This document shows, one piece after another, positions 1-8,899 of a stretch of 64,000 nt of DNA. The notes below the pieces were generated by a model. It was not told the origin of the DNA and did no database searches. It was given only the letters and a program-made list of their open reading frames with translations. Every line of letters begins with the position of its first letter. Positions within the stretch are counted from its first letter, which is position 1. The stretch spans positions 3,262 to 67,261 of the forward strand of contig DRQF01000195.1 in NCBI GenBank assembly GCA_011369445.1, in the 5' to 3' direction. This DNA comes from Planctomycetota bacterium (GTDB lineage Bacteria; Planctomycetota; GCA-002687715; DRQF01). The translations under genes and the position numbers were made by a program.

Positions 1-1
1 C

Positions 2-1477
2 GCGGCCAGTCTCAACGTTCTGCAGGACGCCACGGCGCCGGACGTGCCCTTCACCGACGACACCGCGGCCAAGGGCCTCGGGGCGGTGACCCAGGGCTCA
101 GGTGGCGCATTCGCGGACTGGGACAACGACGGCGACTTGGACCTGTTCCTCTGCGGTCCGACCGGCGGCATGCTTCTCGACTACGATGGGACCACCGGAA
201 GCTTCTCCGACATCACGTCGGCGGCCGGCGGTCCTCTCAACGGCAGCCTGTCCGCGGTCTGGGGTGACTTCGACAACGATGGTGACCTGGATCTTCTGAC
301 TCTGGACGCCACCGCTGGCACCACCCTCTATCGCAACGACAACGTAGGTATTGGCACCAAGACGCTGACGGACGTCACGGCCACGGAGGCCGCCGGCCTC
401 TCCGGTGCGACGGCAACCCAGGTGTTCTGGCTCGACTTCGACAACGACGGCTGGTTGGACTTCTACGTCCTCGATTCCGCGTCGAACGCAAACGTGATCA
501 TGCGGAATCAAAGAGGTGCGGCGACGCCCATGAACTCCTTCGCCGCGGCGAGCGGAACCGGGCTCGAGAACAACCTCTCGGCTTCGCGATTCGGAGCGGT
601 CACCGACTTCGACGTCGACAACGACATCGATGTGGTGTTCGGGGACATCTCTCCGGGCGTGTTCTACCGCAACAATGGTTCCTCGACGTTCACGGACATC
701 GCGGGAGCCACGAGCGGCGTCAGCTTCGACCACTCGGCCGGAGGTGAGCCCGTCGTCTTCGTCGACTACGACAACGACGGCGACTTCGACCTCTTCATCG
801 CTCGCGGCGGCGCGGCCGGTGTCAACCAGCTCTGGCGGAATGACGGGGCCGGAACCTTCACCGAAGTCGCGGCGCTCGCCGGAATCGACACCGACGTTCA
901 GGCGGACGACGTGGTCTTCGGCGACATCGACAACGATGGCTTCCTCGACCTCTACATCGGTTCGTCGACGACCAACAAGCTCTATCGAGGTCTGGGGGAC
1001 ACGAATGCGGACAACGTGTTCGAGTTCACCGAGATCGCTTCGATGATGGGCGTGGGAGTCGACAACGCTTCGGATGCCGGCATGGTCCAGATGGGTGACA
1101 TCGACAACGATGGCGACCTGGACATTTTCGTCGGCAACGACGCGGCGGCGGCGGTCCTCTATCGGAACGACCTGAACAACTTCAACTTCCTGAAGGTGAA
1201 GGTCGCCGGTCAAGGGTCGGGCGCCGGAACCAGCTCAAGCGACGCCCGCGGCGCCGTGATCATCCTCAAGTCCAGCGACGGCTCCACGACGCTGGCCTCC
1301 CGGGAGATCAACGGTGGGCGCGGCGCCGGGTCCCAGGACCACGAGGTGGCTCACTTCGGCGGGATCGTTCCCAGCACGAAGTACCGCATCGAGGTGCACT
1401 TCCCCGGAGGCTCCACCAAGACCATCATCGTGACGCCACGCTTCCTGGCCGGTCAGACGGTGACCGTCACCGAGTGA
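2..1477 (+). CDS. FG-GAP/VCBS-repeat protein with C-terminal ASPIC/UnbV domain (CRTAC1-like); 5' end truncated by the window
   Basis: The frame is open back to position 2, so the track start at 44 is a GTG inside an open frame. It has repeated Ca-binding DxDxDGxxD motifs (DNDGDLDL, DNDGWLDF, DNDGDFDL, DNDGFLDL, DNDGDLDI). The C-terminus (RGAVIILKSSDG...GGRGAGSQDHEVAHFG) fits the ASPIC/UnbV pattern. Confidence 0.8.
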   Translation, partial: AASLNVLQDATAPDVPFTDDTAAKGLGAVTQGSGGAFADWDNDGDLDLFLCGPTGGMLLDYDGTTGSFSDITSAAGGPLNGSLSAVWGDFDNDGDLDLLTLDATAGTTLYRNDNVGIGTKTLTDVTATEAAGLSGATATQVFWLDFDNDGWLDFYVLDSASNANVIMRNQRGAATPMNSFAAASGTGLENNLSASRFGAVTDFDVDNDIDVVFGDISPGVFYRNNGSSTFTDIAGATSGVSFDHSAGGEPVVFVDYDNDGDFDLFIARGGAAGVNQLWRNDGAGTFTEVAALAGIDTDVQADDVVFGDIDNDGFLDLYIGSSTTNKLYRGLGDTNADNVFEFTEIASMMGVGVDNASDAGMVQMGDIDNDGDLDIFVGNDAAAAVLYRNDLNNFNFLKVKVAGQGSGAGTSSSDARGAVIILKSSDGSTTLASREINGGRGAGSQDHEVAHFGGIVPSTKYRIEVHFPGGSTKTIIVTPRFLAGQTVTVTE

Positions 1478-1502
1478 CCCTCGACGGGAGCGACTGAATC
1501 GA

Positions 1503-1540
1503 AGAGCCCCGGGCGTTCAGCGCCCGGGGCTCTTGTTCAT
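1503..1540 (+). terminator. Putative intrinsic terminator after the FG-GAP gene
   Basis: 13-bp perfect stem AGAGCCCCGGGCG / CGCCCGGGGCTCT (1503-1515 / 1521-1533) followed by a weak T-rich tail, TGTTC. Confidence 0.5.
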
Positions 1541-1588
1541 GAGGGGGACCGCTGCCATGGTGGGGGGCGAAACCATGGAGCTTCCCCA

Positions 1589-2854
1589 ATGAACATCCTC
1601 GTCGTCGGCAGCGGTGCGCGCGAACACACGCTCGTTTGGAAACTCGCTCAATCGCCACGGGCGGACAAGATCTATTGCGCCCCAGGAAACGGAGGCATCG
1701 CGTCGATCGCGGAGTGTGTGGATATCGCAGCCGGAGACGTGGAGAAACTCGTCGAGTTCGCCAAGGCCAGGGACATCGGTCTTACGGTCGTGGGGCCGGA
1801 AGCTCCTCTTTGCGCCGGGATCGTCGACGAATTCGAAGCCCACGGACTGCGGGCTTTCGGCCCGCGTAAGGCCGCGGCGGCGCTCGAGGGCGACAAGGCC
1901 TTCTCCAAGGACATCATGACGCGCCACTCCATTCCCACCGCGGCGCATCGTGTTTTCCACGATCCCGATGCGGCCCTCGCCTACGTGGAGGAGGCCGTCG
2001 ACTACCCGATGGTCGTGAAGGCCAGCGGCTTGGCGGCGGGCAAGGGCGTGATCATCTGCGAGTCCTCCGAGGACGCCGTGGCGGCGATTCGAAAGCTCAT
2101 GTTGGACAAGGCCTTCGGTGCGGCGGGCAGGACCTTGGTCATCGAGGATTTTCTCGAGGGTGAGGAGGCGAGCATCATCGCCCTCACGGACGGCGAAACC
2201 CTCTACGTGATGGAGTCCTCCCAGGATCACAAACGAGCCTTTGATGGGGACAAGGGGCCCAACACCGGGGGGATGGGGGCCTACTCGCCCGCTCCCGTCG
2301 TGACAGCGGACATCCAGCACCGCATCGAACGTGAAGTGCTCGTCCCCGTCATCCATGCCATGAAAAGAGAGGGGCGACCCTTTCGGGGAGTCCTCTACGC
2401 GGGTCTCATGCTGACCAAAAAGGGGCCGAAGGTCCTGGAATTCAACGTGAGGTTTGGAGATCCCGAATGTCAGGTTCTTCTTCCCCGATTGAAGGCGGAT
2501 CTGGTGGATCTCTTCCTCGCATGCTTGGACGGCACCCTCGCCGACGCGTCCGTGGACTGGGATCCCCGCCCCGCCCTGGGGGTCGTCTTGGCCCAAGAAG
2601 GCTATCCGGGGGCCGTTCCCGTGGGACGTCCTCTTCGGGGACTGGATGGGATCACGCCGGAGGAGGCCCTCGTCTTCCACGGCGGGACCCGTCGGGACGG
2701 GGAGCAGATCGTGGCGACGGGGGGGCGGGTTCTCACCATCACGGCCCTGGGCGACACCTTGCGGGAGGCCAGGGAGAAGGCCTACGACGCCATCGGACGG
2801 ATCGATCCCGAGGGATTCTTCTACCGTCGAGATATCGGTGCCCGCGCCCTCTGA
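1589..2854 (+). CDS. purD: Phosphoribosylamine-glycine ligase (GAR synthetase)
   Basis: The N-terminus MNILVVGSGAREHTLVWKLAQSP is canonical PurD. The protein has ATP-grasp motifs and a typical length of 421 aa. Confidence 0.95.
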   Translation: MNILVVGSGAREHTLVWKLAQSPRADKIYCAPGNGGIASIAECVDIAAGDVEKLVEFAKARDIGLTVVGPEAPLCAGIVDEFEAHGLRAFGPRKAAAALEGDKAFSKDIMTRHSIPTAAHRVFHDPDAALAYVEEAVDYPMVVKASGLAAGKGVIICESSEDAVAAIRKLMLDKAFGAAGRTLVIEDFLEGEEASIIALTDGETLYVMESSQDHKRAFDGDKGPNTGGMGAYSPAPVVTADIQHRIEREVLVPVIHAMKREGRPFRGVLYAGLMLTKKGPKVLEFNVRFGDPECQVLLPRLKADLVDLFLACLDGTLADASVDWDPRPALGVVLAQEGYPGAVPVGRPLRGLDGITPEEALVFHGGTRRDGEQIVATGGRVLTITALGDTLREAREKAYDAIGRIDPEGFFYRRDIGARAL

Positions 2855-2866
2855 CAGACCCCTTGC

Positions 2867-3466
2867 ATGGATGGACGGCTTCCCTCCTCCATGGAAAAAG
2901 GCCACAATGAAGGCCCATTGCGTCATCGGGAGGTCGCCGTGACTTTCGCATTCGACAAAGAACGCCACCGCCAGGGCAAAGGCAGTGAGGTCGAGATTTT
3001 TGAAGCCTACCTGCGCCAGAAAGGGTTGAAGCTCACCGTCCCCCGCCGACAACTGCTGGAACTCATCTTCGACGACCACAGCCATTTCACGGCCGACCAG
3101 TTGTTCGACCGTTGCCGAGAGCGGGACGTGAGAATCTCGAAAGCCACCCTGTATCGGACCCTTGCCATCCTGACGGACTGTAAACTACTGAGTGCTCACG
3201 ACTTCGGAGGTGAGGCCAAGTATTACGAGCACGTCTTCGGGCATGAACACCACGATCATCTCGTCTGCCTGGCGTGCCGTAAGATCGTTGAGTTCCAAAG
3301 CCCCGACATCGAGAAACTCCAGGACCAAGCGGCGGAGGAGCTGGGGTTTGCCCCGATTCACCACAGTTTGGCCATCTTCGGAGTTTGCGCCGCCTGCGCC
3401 GAGACGGCGGAAGGGCGGAAGGTCATCGAGGAGGGCCAGGCTGGCCCGACTTCGGTAAGTGATTGA
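2867..3466 (+). CDS. fur: Fur-family metalloregulator (probably ferric uptake regulator)
   Basis: Winged-helix region (ISKATLYRTLAILTDCKLL), HHDHLVCLACRKIVEF and C-terminal CAAC metal-site motifs. It lies directly upstream of a Fur box and feoAB. The true start is uncertain and may be Met at 2891. Confidence 0.85.
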   Translation: MDGRLPSSMEKGHNEGPLRHREVAVTFAFDKERHRQGKGSEVEIFEAYLRQKGLKLTVPRRQLLELIFDDHSHFTADQLFDRCRERDVRISKATLYRTLAILTDCKLLSAHDFGGEAKYYEHVFGHEHHDHLVCLACRKIVEFQSPDIEKLQDQAAEELGFAPIHHSLAIFGVCAACAETAEGRKVIEEGQAGPTSVSD

Positions 3467-3545
3467 AGAAAAACAGCTTATGTCCGCGACATCCTGCCAC
3501 GGTCGGGCCGCTTGAATTGGGCTTCAGCTTTCCTATCATCATCTC

Positions 3546-3567
3546 GATAATGAGAGTGATTCTCATT
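3546..3567. promoter_or_regulatory. Fur box upstream of feoA
   Basis: GATAATGAGAGTGATTCTCATT contains a 7-bp perfect inverted repeat, AATGAGA-N5-TCTCATT. It resembles the consensus GATAATGATAATCATTATC and sits 15 nt upstream of the feoA ATG, overlapping the likely promoter/5'UTR. Confidence 0.6.
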
Positions 3568-3581
3568 TAGGGAGTTGAGCC

Positions 3582-3821
3582 ATGACCAGCAACGAAATAC
3601 GAAGCCTCAGCGATCTCAGGATCGGCGAGAGCGGCGTGATCGATGACATCTTGGCTCCCCGCTCTTTGACCCGTCGGCTCCTGGAGATGGGGCTCACGGG
3701 GGGCACGCGCCTGGAGTTGATTCGACTGGCTCCCCTGGGGGATCCCTTGGAGGTCTCCGTGAGAGGCTACCGTCTCACTCTGCGGCGAGACGAGGCCCAG
3801 GCCGTTCGTCTGCGCATGTGA
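3582..3821 (+). CDS. feoA: Ferrous iron transport protein A
   Basis: 79-aa FeoA/SH3-like protein (LSDLRIGESGVI...GDPLEVSVRGYRLTLRRDEA). GGAG lies 8 nt upstream of the ATG. Confidence 0.9.
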   Translation: MTSNEIRSLSDLRIGESGVIDDILAPRSLTRRLLEMGLTGGTRLELIRLAPLGDPLEVSVRGYRLTLRRDEAQAVRLRM

Positions 3822-6007
3822 GCATGTCCACTCCCACCCGGACACGACCCCTTCGCGTGGCATTGGTCGGCAATCCCAACTGTGGCAAGACAACCGTCTT
3901 CAACGCCCTGACCGGCCTCAGCCAAAAGGTCGGGAACTATCCCGGCGTCACGGTGGAGCGCCGCGTCGGCGTTCGTAAGCGGCCCGGCGGGGAGATCCTC
4001 GAGATCGTCGACATCCCCGGAACCTACAGTTTGGGCATCCGATCGCCCGACGAAGCCGTGGCGGTGAACCTGCTCATGGGGCGCCTCCCGGGAGAACGGT
4101 CACCCGACGTGATCGTCAACGTGGTGGATGCGTCGAATCTGGCACGCAACCTCTTCTTGACCAGTCAACTGTTGGAGCTCGACCGCCCCATGGTCGTGGT
4201 TCTCAACATGATGGACGTGGCGCGCCGCCGCGGCCTGGTCCCCGATGCGCGGGCCATGGAGGAGGCCTTGGGAGTTCCCGTCGTTCCGTTGGAGAACCAC
4301 GGGGCCGAGGCCATGGATGCGGTGGCTGCCGCGGTCGAGCGCGTGGCCCAGTCGCCGCCGCCCAAGCCGGTGGTCCCGGTGGAGGGAGCCCTTTCCAAGT
4401 CCTTGGCGGACCTGGAGGGCTCCTTGCGGGGCAGGATCTCCCGGGCCGCGGCTCTCCTCGCTCTCGAGGGAGAAGAAACCCTGGACAGCCTGGATTCTTC
4501 GCGCCTCGATGAGGTGCGGGCGGCCCTCGAAAGCGAGGACCCGAATTGGTGGAAGAGAGAAGCGGGCGCGCGCTACCGCTGGATCGACGCCCACCTTCCC
4601 TGTTTCCTTGAAGGTGAGTGCAAAGAGCCGGTCCGCCCCGATAGCGGGACGGCCAACGCGGACCGCATTCTTCTGCACCGATTCTTCGGTCCCCTCATCT
4701 TTTTGGGCGTGATGGCATTCGTGTTCCAGGGCATCTTCACCTGGGCGAGTGTTCCCTCCGACCTTTTGGAGTCGGGCTTCAACGCCTTGAGCGCTTTGGT
4801 GGGGCGATGGATCGGGCCGGGCATGTTTCACGATTTCATTCTGGGCGGCGTTCTGTCCGGAGTGCTCAACGTCCTCGTCTTCCTCCCGCAGATCGTCATT
4901 CTCTTCCTGTTCATAGGTTTCCTCGAAGATTCGGGCTACATGGCCCGCGGCGTGTTCATCATGGATCGCCTCATGCGACGGTTCGGGTTGCATGGTCGGG
5001 CCTTCGTCCCACTGATGAGCTCTTTTGCCTGCGCCGTTCCGGGCATCATGAGCACGCGGACCATCGGGAATCCGGTGACGCGTCTCACGACGATTCTCGT
5101 GGCGCCCTTGATGAGTTGCTCCGCCCGTCTTCCCGTCTACACCCTGGTGATCGCCGCGTTCTTCGGGAGCGGCAAGGTTTTGGGAGTGATGTCGACCGGG
5201 GGCCTCGTCCTTCTTGTTCTGTATGCCTTGGGCATCGCCGCGGCGGCGCTCATGTCGGTGCTGTTCCGCCGCTTCCTCGTCAAGGGGGAGCCCCCCGCGC
5301 TGCTCATGGAGTTGCCGCCGTACCGGATGCCTCGTCCGGGCGCCGTTCTCCGGCAGACCTGGGTTCAGTCTCTGCTTTTCGTGAAAAAGGTTTGGACCGT
5401 CATCCTGATCGTCACGGCCACGCTGTGGTTTTTGCAGACATTCCCCCGAGACGAGAGTCGCAGCGCCGTCGCTGCCACTCAGATCGAGGCCATCGAGAGC
5501 GCCTTGAGGGACGGGGTCTCGCCGGAGATCAGGGAGCGGCTCATCAACGAGAAGCGGGACATCCAAGACGGGCTCCGTTCCGCCCAATTGGAGCAGAGTT
5601 TTGCCGGCGTGGTCGGGAAGACCATCGAACCCGTGATCCGTCCTCTCGGTTTCGACTGGAGGATCGGGATCGGTCTGTTGGCGTCGTTCGCGGCGAGGGA
5701 GGTGCTCGTCTCCACCATGGCTCAGGTTTTCGCCGTGGGGGCCGACGATGAAGACGTGGCCAGCTTGGCGAGCCGTTTCCGATCCGCCAAGGATCCCCGG
5801 ACGGGGCGTTTGCTCTACTCGCCCTTGACCGGGATCTCCCTGGCCGTGTTCTTCGTGCTGGCCTGCCAGTGCATGTCGACCTTGGCCATCGTGAGGCGGG
5901 AGACGGGGACCTGGCGCTGGCCGGCCTTCCTTTTCGGCTATATGACGATTCTGGCGTGGGTGGGGAGTTTTCTCACGTATCAACTGGGCAGTCTTTGGAT
6001 GGCATGA
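3818..6007 (+). CDS. feoB: Ferrous iron transporter B (GTPase plus permease)
   Basis: N-terminal G-domain VALVGNPNCGKTTVFNALTG and a polytopic C-terminal gate domain. The start overlaps the feoA stop (GTG at 3818, or ATG at 3824). Confidence 0.95.
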   Translation: MSMSTPTRTRPLRVALVGNPNCGKTTVFNALTGLSQKVGNYPGVTVERRVGVRKRPGGEILEIVDIPGTYSLGIRSPDEAVAVNLLMGRLPGERSPDVIVNVVDASNLARNLFLTSQLLELDRPMVVVLNMMDVARRRGLVPDARAMEEALGVPVVPLENHGAEAMDAVAAAVERVAQSPPPKPVVPVEGALSKSLADLEGSLRGRISRAAALLALEGEETLDSLDSSRLDEVRAALESEDPNWWKREAGARYRWIDAHLPCFLEGECKEPVRPDSGTANADRILLHRFFGPLIFLGVMAFVFQGIFTWASVPSDLLESGFNALSALVGRWIGPGMFHDFILGGVLSGVLNVLVFLPQIVILFLFIGFLEDSGYMARGVFIMDRLMRRFGLHGRAFVPLMSSFACAVPGIMSTRTIGNPVTRLTTILVAPLMSCSARLPVYTLVIAAFFGSGKVLGVMSTGGLVLLVLYALGIAAAALMSVLFRRFLVKGEPPALLMELPPYRMPRPGAVLRQTWVQSLLFVKKVWTVILIVTATLWFLQTFPRDESRSAVAATQIEAIESALRDGVSPEIRERLINEKRDIQDGLRSAQLEQSFAGVVGKTIEPVIRPLGFDWRIGIGLLASFAAREVLVSTMAQVFAVGADDEDVASLASRFRSAKDPRTGRLLYSPLTGISLAVFFVLACQCMSTLAIVRRETGTWRWPAFLFGYMTILAWVGSFLTYQLGSLWMA

Positions 6008-6008
6008 G

Positions 6009-6152
6009 ATGATTCCCCCCGACGTTCAGGTCGTTCTGACCTATGTCGCTCTTGGCGGCGTGCTGTGGTTTCTCGTCCGGCGCCTCCTTTCCACCGTGAA
6101 GGGCCGGGGTGGCGGGTGCGGAAGTTGCGGGGCCTCGAAGCGTAGGCCTTGA
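6009..6152 (+). CDS. FeoB-associated Cys-rich small membrane protein (47 aa; not in the ORF track)
   Basis: The ATG lies 2 nt after the feoB stop. Translation: MIPPDVQVVLTYVALGGVLWFLVRRLLSTVKGRGGGCGSCGASKRRP. This is one TM helix plus a GCGSCG tail, the architecture of the FeoB-associated Cys-rich family. Confidence 0.6.
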   Translation: MIPPDVQVVLTYVALGGVLWFLVRRLLSTVKGRGGGCGSCGASKRRP

Positions 6153-6217
6153 ACCCAAGGCCGGGCCCCCACGTTATATAGAGACGACGTCCAGGTCGCC
6201 GATGCGGAGATGACTCC

Positions 6218-7480
6218 ATGATCGTGAACAGGTTGCCCATTCTTCTCTTGCTGGTTTCCTGCCTCGTCGTCGGGGCCTGCGGCCCCGAGAAGTCGGATGC
6301 TTCGTCGTCCGGGGAGGCTTCGCCCTCGTCGACGTCCGGGGAGGCGGGGGGGACGATGCCCACCTCCGCTCCGAAACCGCTGGACAAGCGCATCAAGGAC
6401 GCCATCGATCGGGGAATTCGGGTCATCCGTTCCCACCAGGACCCGAAAACGGGCGCCGTCAGCTTCGCCCGTCCCTACGACCCCAAGATGAGACATCCGG
6501 GGATCACGGCCTTGGCGGTCCTCGCCTACCTGCGCAGCCCGCGCCACTACCGCAGCGAGGACGGCCCCTTCGTCCGAGCCGCCCTGGAATGGCTGGCGTC
6601 CCTGCAGAAGCCGGACGGCTCCATTTTCGAACGGGATTCCGCGAACTACGTCACGTCGATCGCCGTGATGGCGCTCCAAGAGAGCGGCGAGGCCCGCTTC
6701 CGCCCTGTGGTCGAAAAGGCCCTGGATTGGCTCGTGCGCATGCAGTGTCGCGAGGACACGGGGTACCGTCCCGGGGATCGCTTCTACGGTGGCGTCGGCT
6801 ACGGCGGTGATGAGCGCCCGGACCTCTCCAACACCCAGTTCGCTCTCGAGGCGGCTCACGAGGCGGGCTTGCCCAAGGACCACCCATTCTGGAAGCGCGC
6901 CCGCGTTTTCCTTCAGCGGTCCCAGAATTGGAGCGAGACCAACGACCAGGTCTGGAAGGACGCGGAGGGCCACGAAGTCCGCCCGGGGAACGATGGGGGA
7001 GCCATCTACTTCCCCGGAGAGAGCAAGTCGGGGGTCGAGGTCCTCCCCGACGGCACGCGGGTCTTCCGCTCGTATGGTTCGATGTCCTACGCCCTGCTGA
7101 AGAGCTACATCTTCACGGGCCTGGACCGGCGGGATCCCCGGGTGAGGGCGGTGCAGCGGTGGTGCGTCGCCCACTTCGATCTCGACCGACATCCCGGATT
7201 CCTTCCGGGCCCCAAGGGGAACGAGCCCTACCAGGGGCTCTATTACTACTACTACAGCATGGCGCGATGCCTGGGCGTCCTCGGAGACCGGTTTGTCGCT
7301 TCGGAGGATGGGACGCGCCATGACTGGCCCGCCGAATTGGCGGAGAAGCTGCTGTCCTTGGAGAAGCACGGCGTCTGGCGTAACGACAAGAACAGCCGCT
7401 GGCAGGAGGGAAGTCCTGTCCTTTGCACGTGTTACGCCGTTCTGGCTCTGGAGGAGTGCCTCGCGGCTTTGAAGAAGTGA
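6218..7480 (+). CDS. Prenyltransferase/squalene-oxidase-repeat (alpha/alpha-toroid) lipoprotein
   Basis: Lipobox signal MIVNRLPILLLLVSCLVVGAC. Repeated terpenoid-cyclase-like motifs are present (ALEWLASLQKPDGS, ALDWLVRMQ, GGVGYGGDERPDLSNTQFALEA). Confidence 0.65.
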   Translation: MIVNRLPILLLLVSCLVVGACGPEKSDASSSGEASPSSTSGEAGGTMPTSAPKPLDKRIKDAIDRGIRVIRSHQDPKTGAVSFARPYDPKMRHPGITALAVLAYLRSPRHYRSEDGPFVRAALEWLASLQKPDGSIFERDSANYVTSIAVMALQESGEARFRPVVEKALDWLVRMQCREDTGYRPGDRFYGGVGYGGDERPDLSNTQFALEAAHEAGLPKDHPFWKRARVFLQRSQNWSETNDQVWKDAEGHEVRPGNDGGAIYFPGESKSGVEVLPDGTRVFRSYGSMSYALLKSYIFTGLDRRDPRVRAVQRWCVAHFDLDRHPGFLPGPKGNEPYQGLYYYYYSMARCLGVLGDRFVASEDGTRHDWPAELAEKLLSLEKHGVWRNDKNSRWQEGSPVLCTCYAVLALEECLAALKK

Positions 7481-8193
7481 GGGGAGGCTGGGCGCTCTTG
7501 GCTGCCTTGGGACTCGCCTGGGGCGGTCTCGCCCTGGGGTATGCGGGCCCGTCGGCGGACACCCCCGGCGCGCTTCGCCGCCTCTGGATGCTCTACCTCG
7601 TCTGGCCGGCGGCGTTCGTCTGGTTGGCCGGGGTTCCCCGGACGACGTGGAAGGCGGGCCTGCGCCTTCTCGTCGCCTCCGTGGTGTTGATTGGCGTGGC
7701 GACGGTCGGGACGGCGTGGCTCCTCGCGGGGACCTCTTCGCCGCCCTCGTTCCTCGATCTTCTCCTCTTGGGGGCGGCTTTCCAGGGGGTTCTCCTCGGC
7801 GCCGTCGTCTTCGGCACCGCGTTTTTCGGTCGCCCGGGAGGGATCCTGGCGCCTCTGTGCGCGGGGGCCGTCTTGACCTTGGGGCCCTGTCTTCTCGACA
7901 CCTATTTGGAACGGCCCTTGCCGCCGGGATCGGGTCGCGCTGCCGTGGAGCGGGCCCTCGCACTCTCGCCCCCAAGTCTCCTGGCGCCGACTCTTCTCGG
8001 CCATGATCTTTTCAAAGAGGAGGCGTTCTACCGCAGCTTTCGCGCCGGCGAGGAGCTGGTGACCACGCCTTCCCGCGAGATAGGGATGCGCGAAATGGCT
8101 CGAATTGGCCTTTTCATGGCTGTTTTCGCCATTCTGGGGTTTCTCTTGCGAAGCGGCTGGAAGAGGCGTCGGTCTCGTGTCACCCTGAACTGA
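7477..8193 (+). CDS. Polytopic membrane protein, function unknown
   Basis: Several hydrophobic helices with high GC3. The proposed GTG start at 7477 overlaps the upstream stop (GTGA). The track start at 7423 would overlap the preceding gene by 58 nt. Confidence 0.45.
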   Translation: MRGGWALLAALGLAWGGLALGYAGPSADTPGALRRLWMLYLVWPAAFVWLAGVPRTTWKAGLRLLVASVVLIGVATVGTAWLLAGTSSPPSFLDLLLLGAAFQGVLLGAVVFGTAFFGRPGGILAPLCAGAVLTLGPCLLDTYLERPLPPGSGRAAVERALALSPPSLLAPTLLGHDLFKEEAFYRSFRAGEELVTTPSREIGMREMARIGLFMAVFAILGFLLRSGWKRRRSRVTLN

Positions 8194-8206
8194 TGAGACC
8201 CCGACC

Positions 8207-8431
8207 ATGAAAACCCGCGCCTACTTGACGTTCGACCGTGCTTCCCTGGACCAGCCCATCCTCAGCACGTTGACTCAGAAGTTCCAGCTCACCTTCAATA
8301 TCTTCGGAGCCACGGTGAACGAGGATGTTCAGTTCGTCGCCCTCGAGCTGGAAGGCACGGAGGATCGCCTCGAGGAGGCGTTGGAGTACCTCCGAACTCT
8401 GGGAGTCCAGGTCGAGATCCGGGATTCTTGA
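8207..8431 (+). CDS. Stand-alone NIL (MetN C-terminal-like, ferredoxin-fold) domain protein
   Basis: 74 aa. The pattern LTFDRASLDQPILSTLTQKFQLTFNIFGA...VALELEGTEDRLEEALEYLRTLGVQVE matches NIL domain organisation. Confidence 0.6.
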   Translation: MKTRAYLTFDRASLDQPILSTLTQKFQLTFNIFGATVNEDVQFVALELEGTEDRLEEALEYLRTLGVQVEIRDS

Positions 8432-8899
8432 AAGTCTTTTGGGGCTTCCGAATCTCTCTGAGGCCCTCTGAAACCCCCTCCAGGCCCCCTTCAGGCCGTT
8501 TTTTTTGCAAATCTTTGCGGTGGACGTCTGCGTCCCTCGCCTCCGAACGGACGCCCCCTGGGACTCTGTAGGCGTAATAATTATTAAGCTATTGAGATGC
8601 AGTGGCTTGAGTTCCAAGCCACCCTCTCGTGAGGCTCTCCGAGACCGAAGGGGGCCTCCAGGCCGTCATCCCACGCCCGTCCGAGAACGGCCGAAATCGG
8701 CGGTTCTCGCCCGAGGGTTTTCCTACAGCCGGCGAAGGATCGAGCCCGACAAGGCCCCTTACATCGGCGGACGATGTGGGATCTTTCCCCGATCTGGACT
8801 GTTGCCATCGGGGAATATGATCGGTAGTCTGGCCGCCGATGGGAGCCACAGAAGGGTTATGGGTGGCTTCATCGCTCTCTATGAGGAGGTTTATCTCAG

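Noticed and set aside
6041-7975. 644-aa minus-strand Arg/Pro-rich ORF. Similar shadows include 98-1213, 1517-3085, 4100-5983, 8891-10279, 11848-12903, 13684-14766, 18833-20851, 20808-22076, 48370-49626, 52408-54354, 55993-57651 and 58699-60084.
   Set aside because: All of them lie antisense to genes with strong family signatures. They lack SD sequences and have extreme Arg/Pro/Gly bias.
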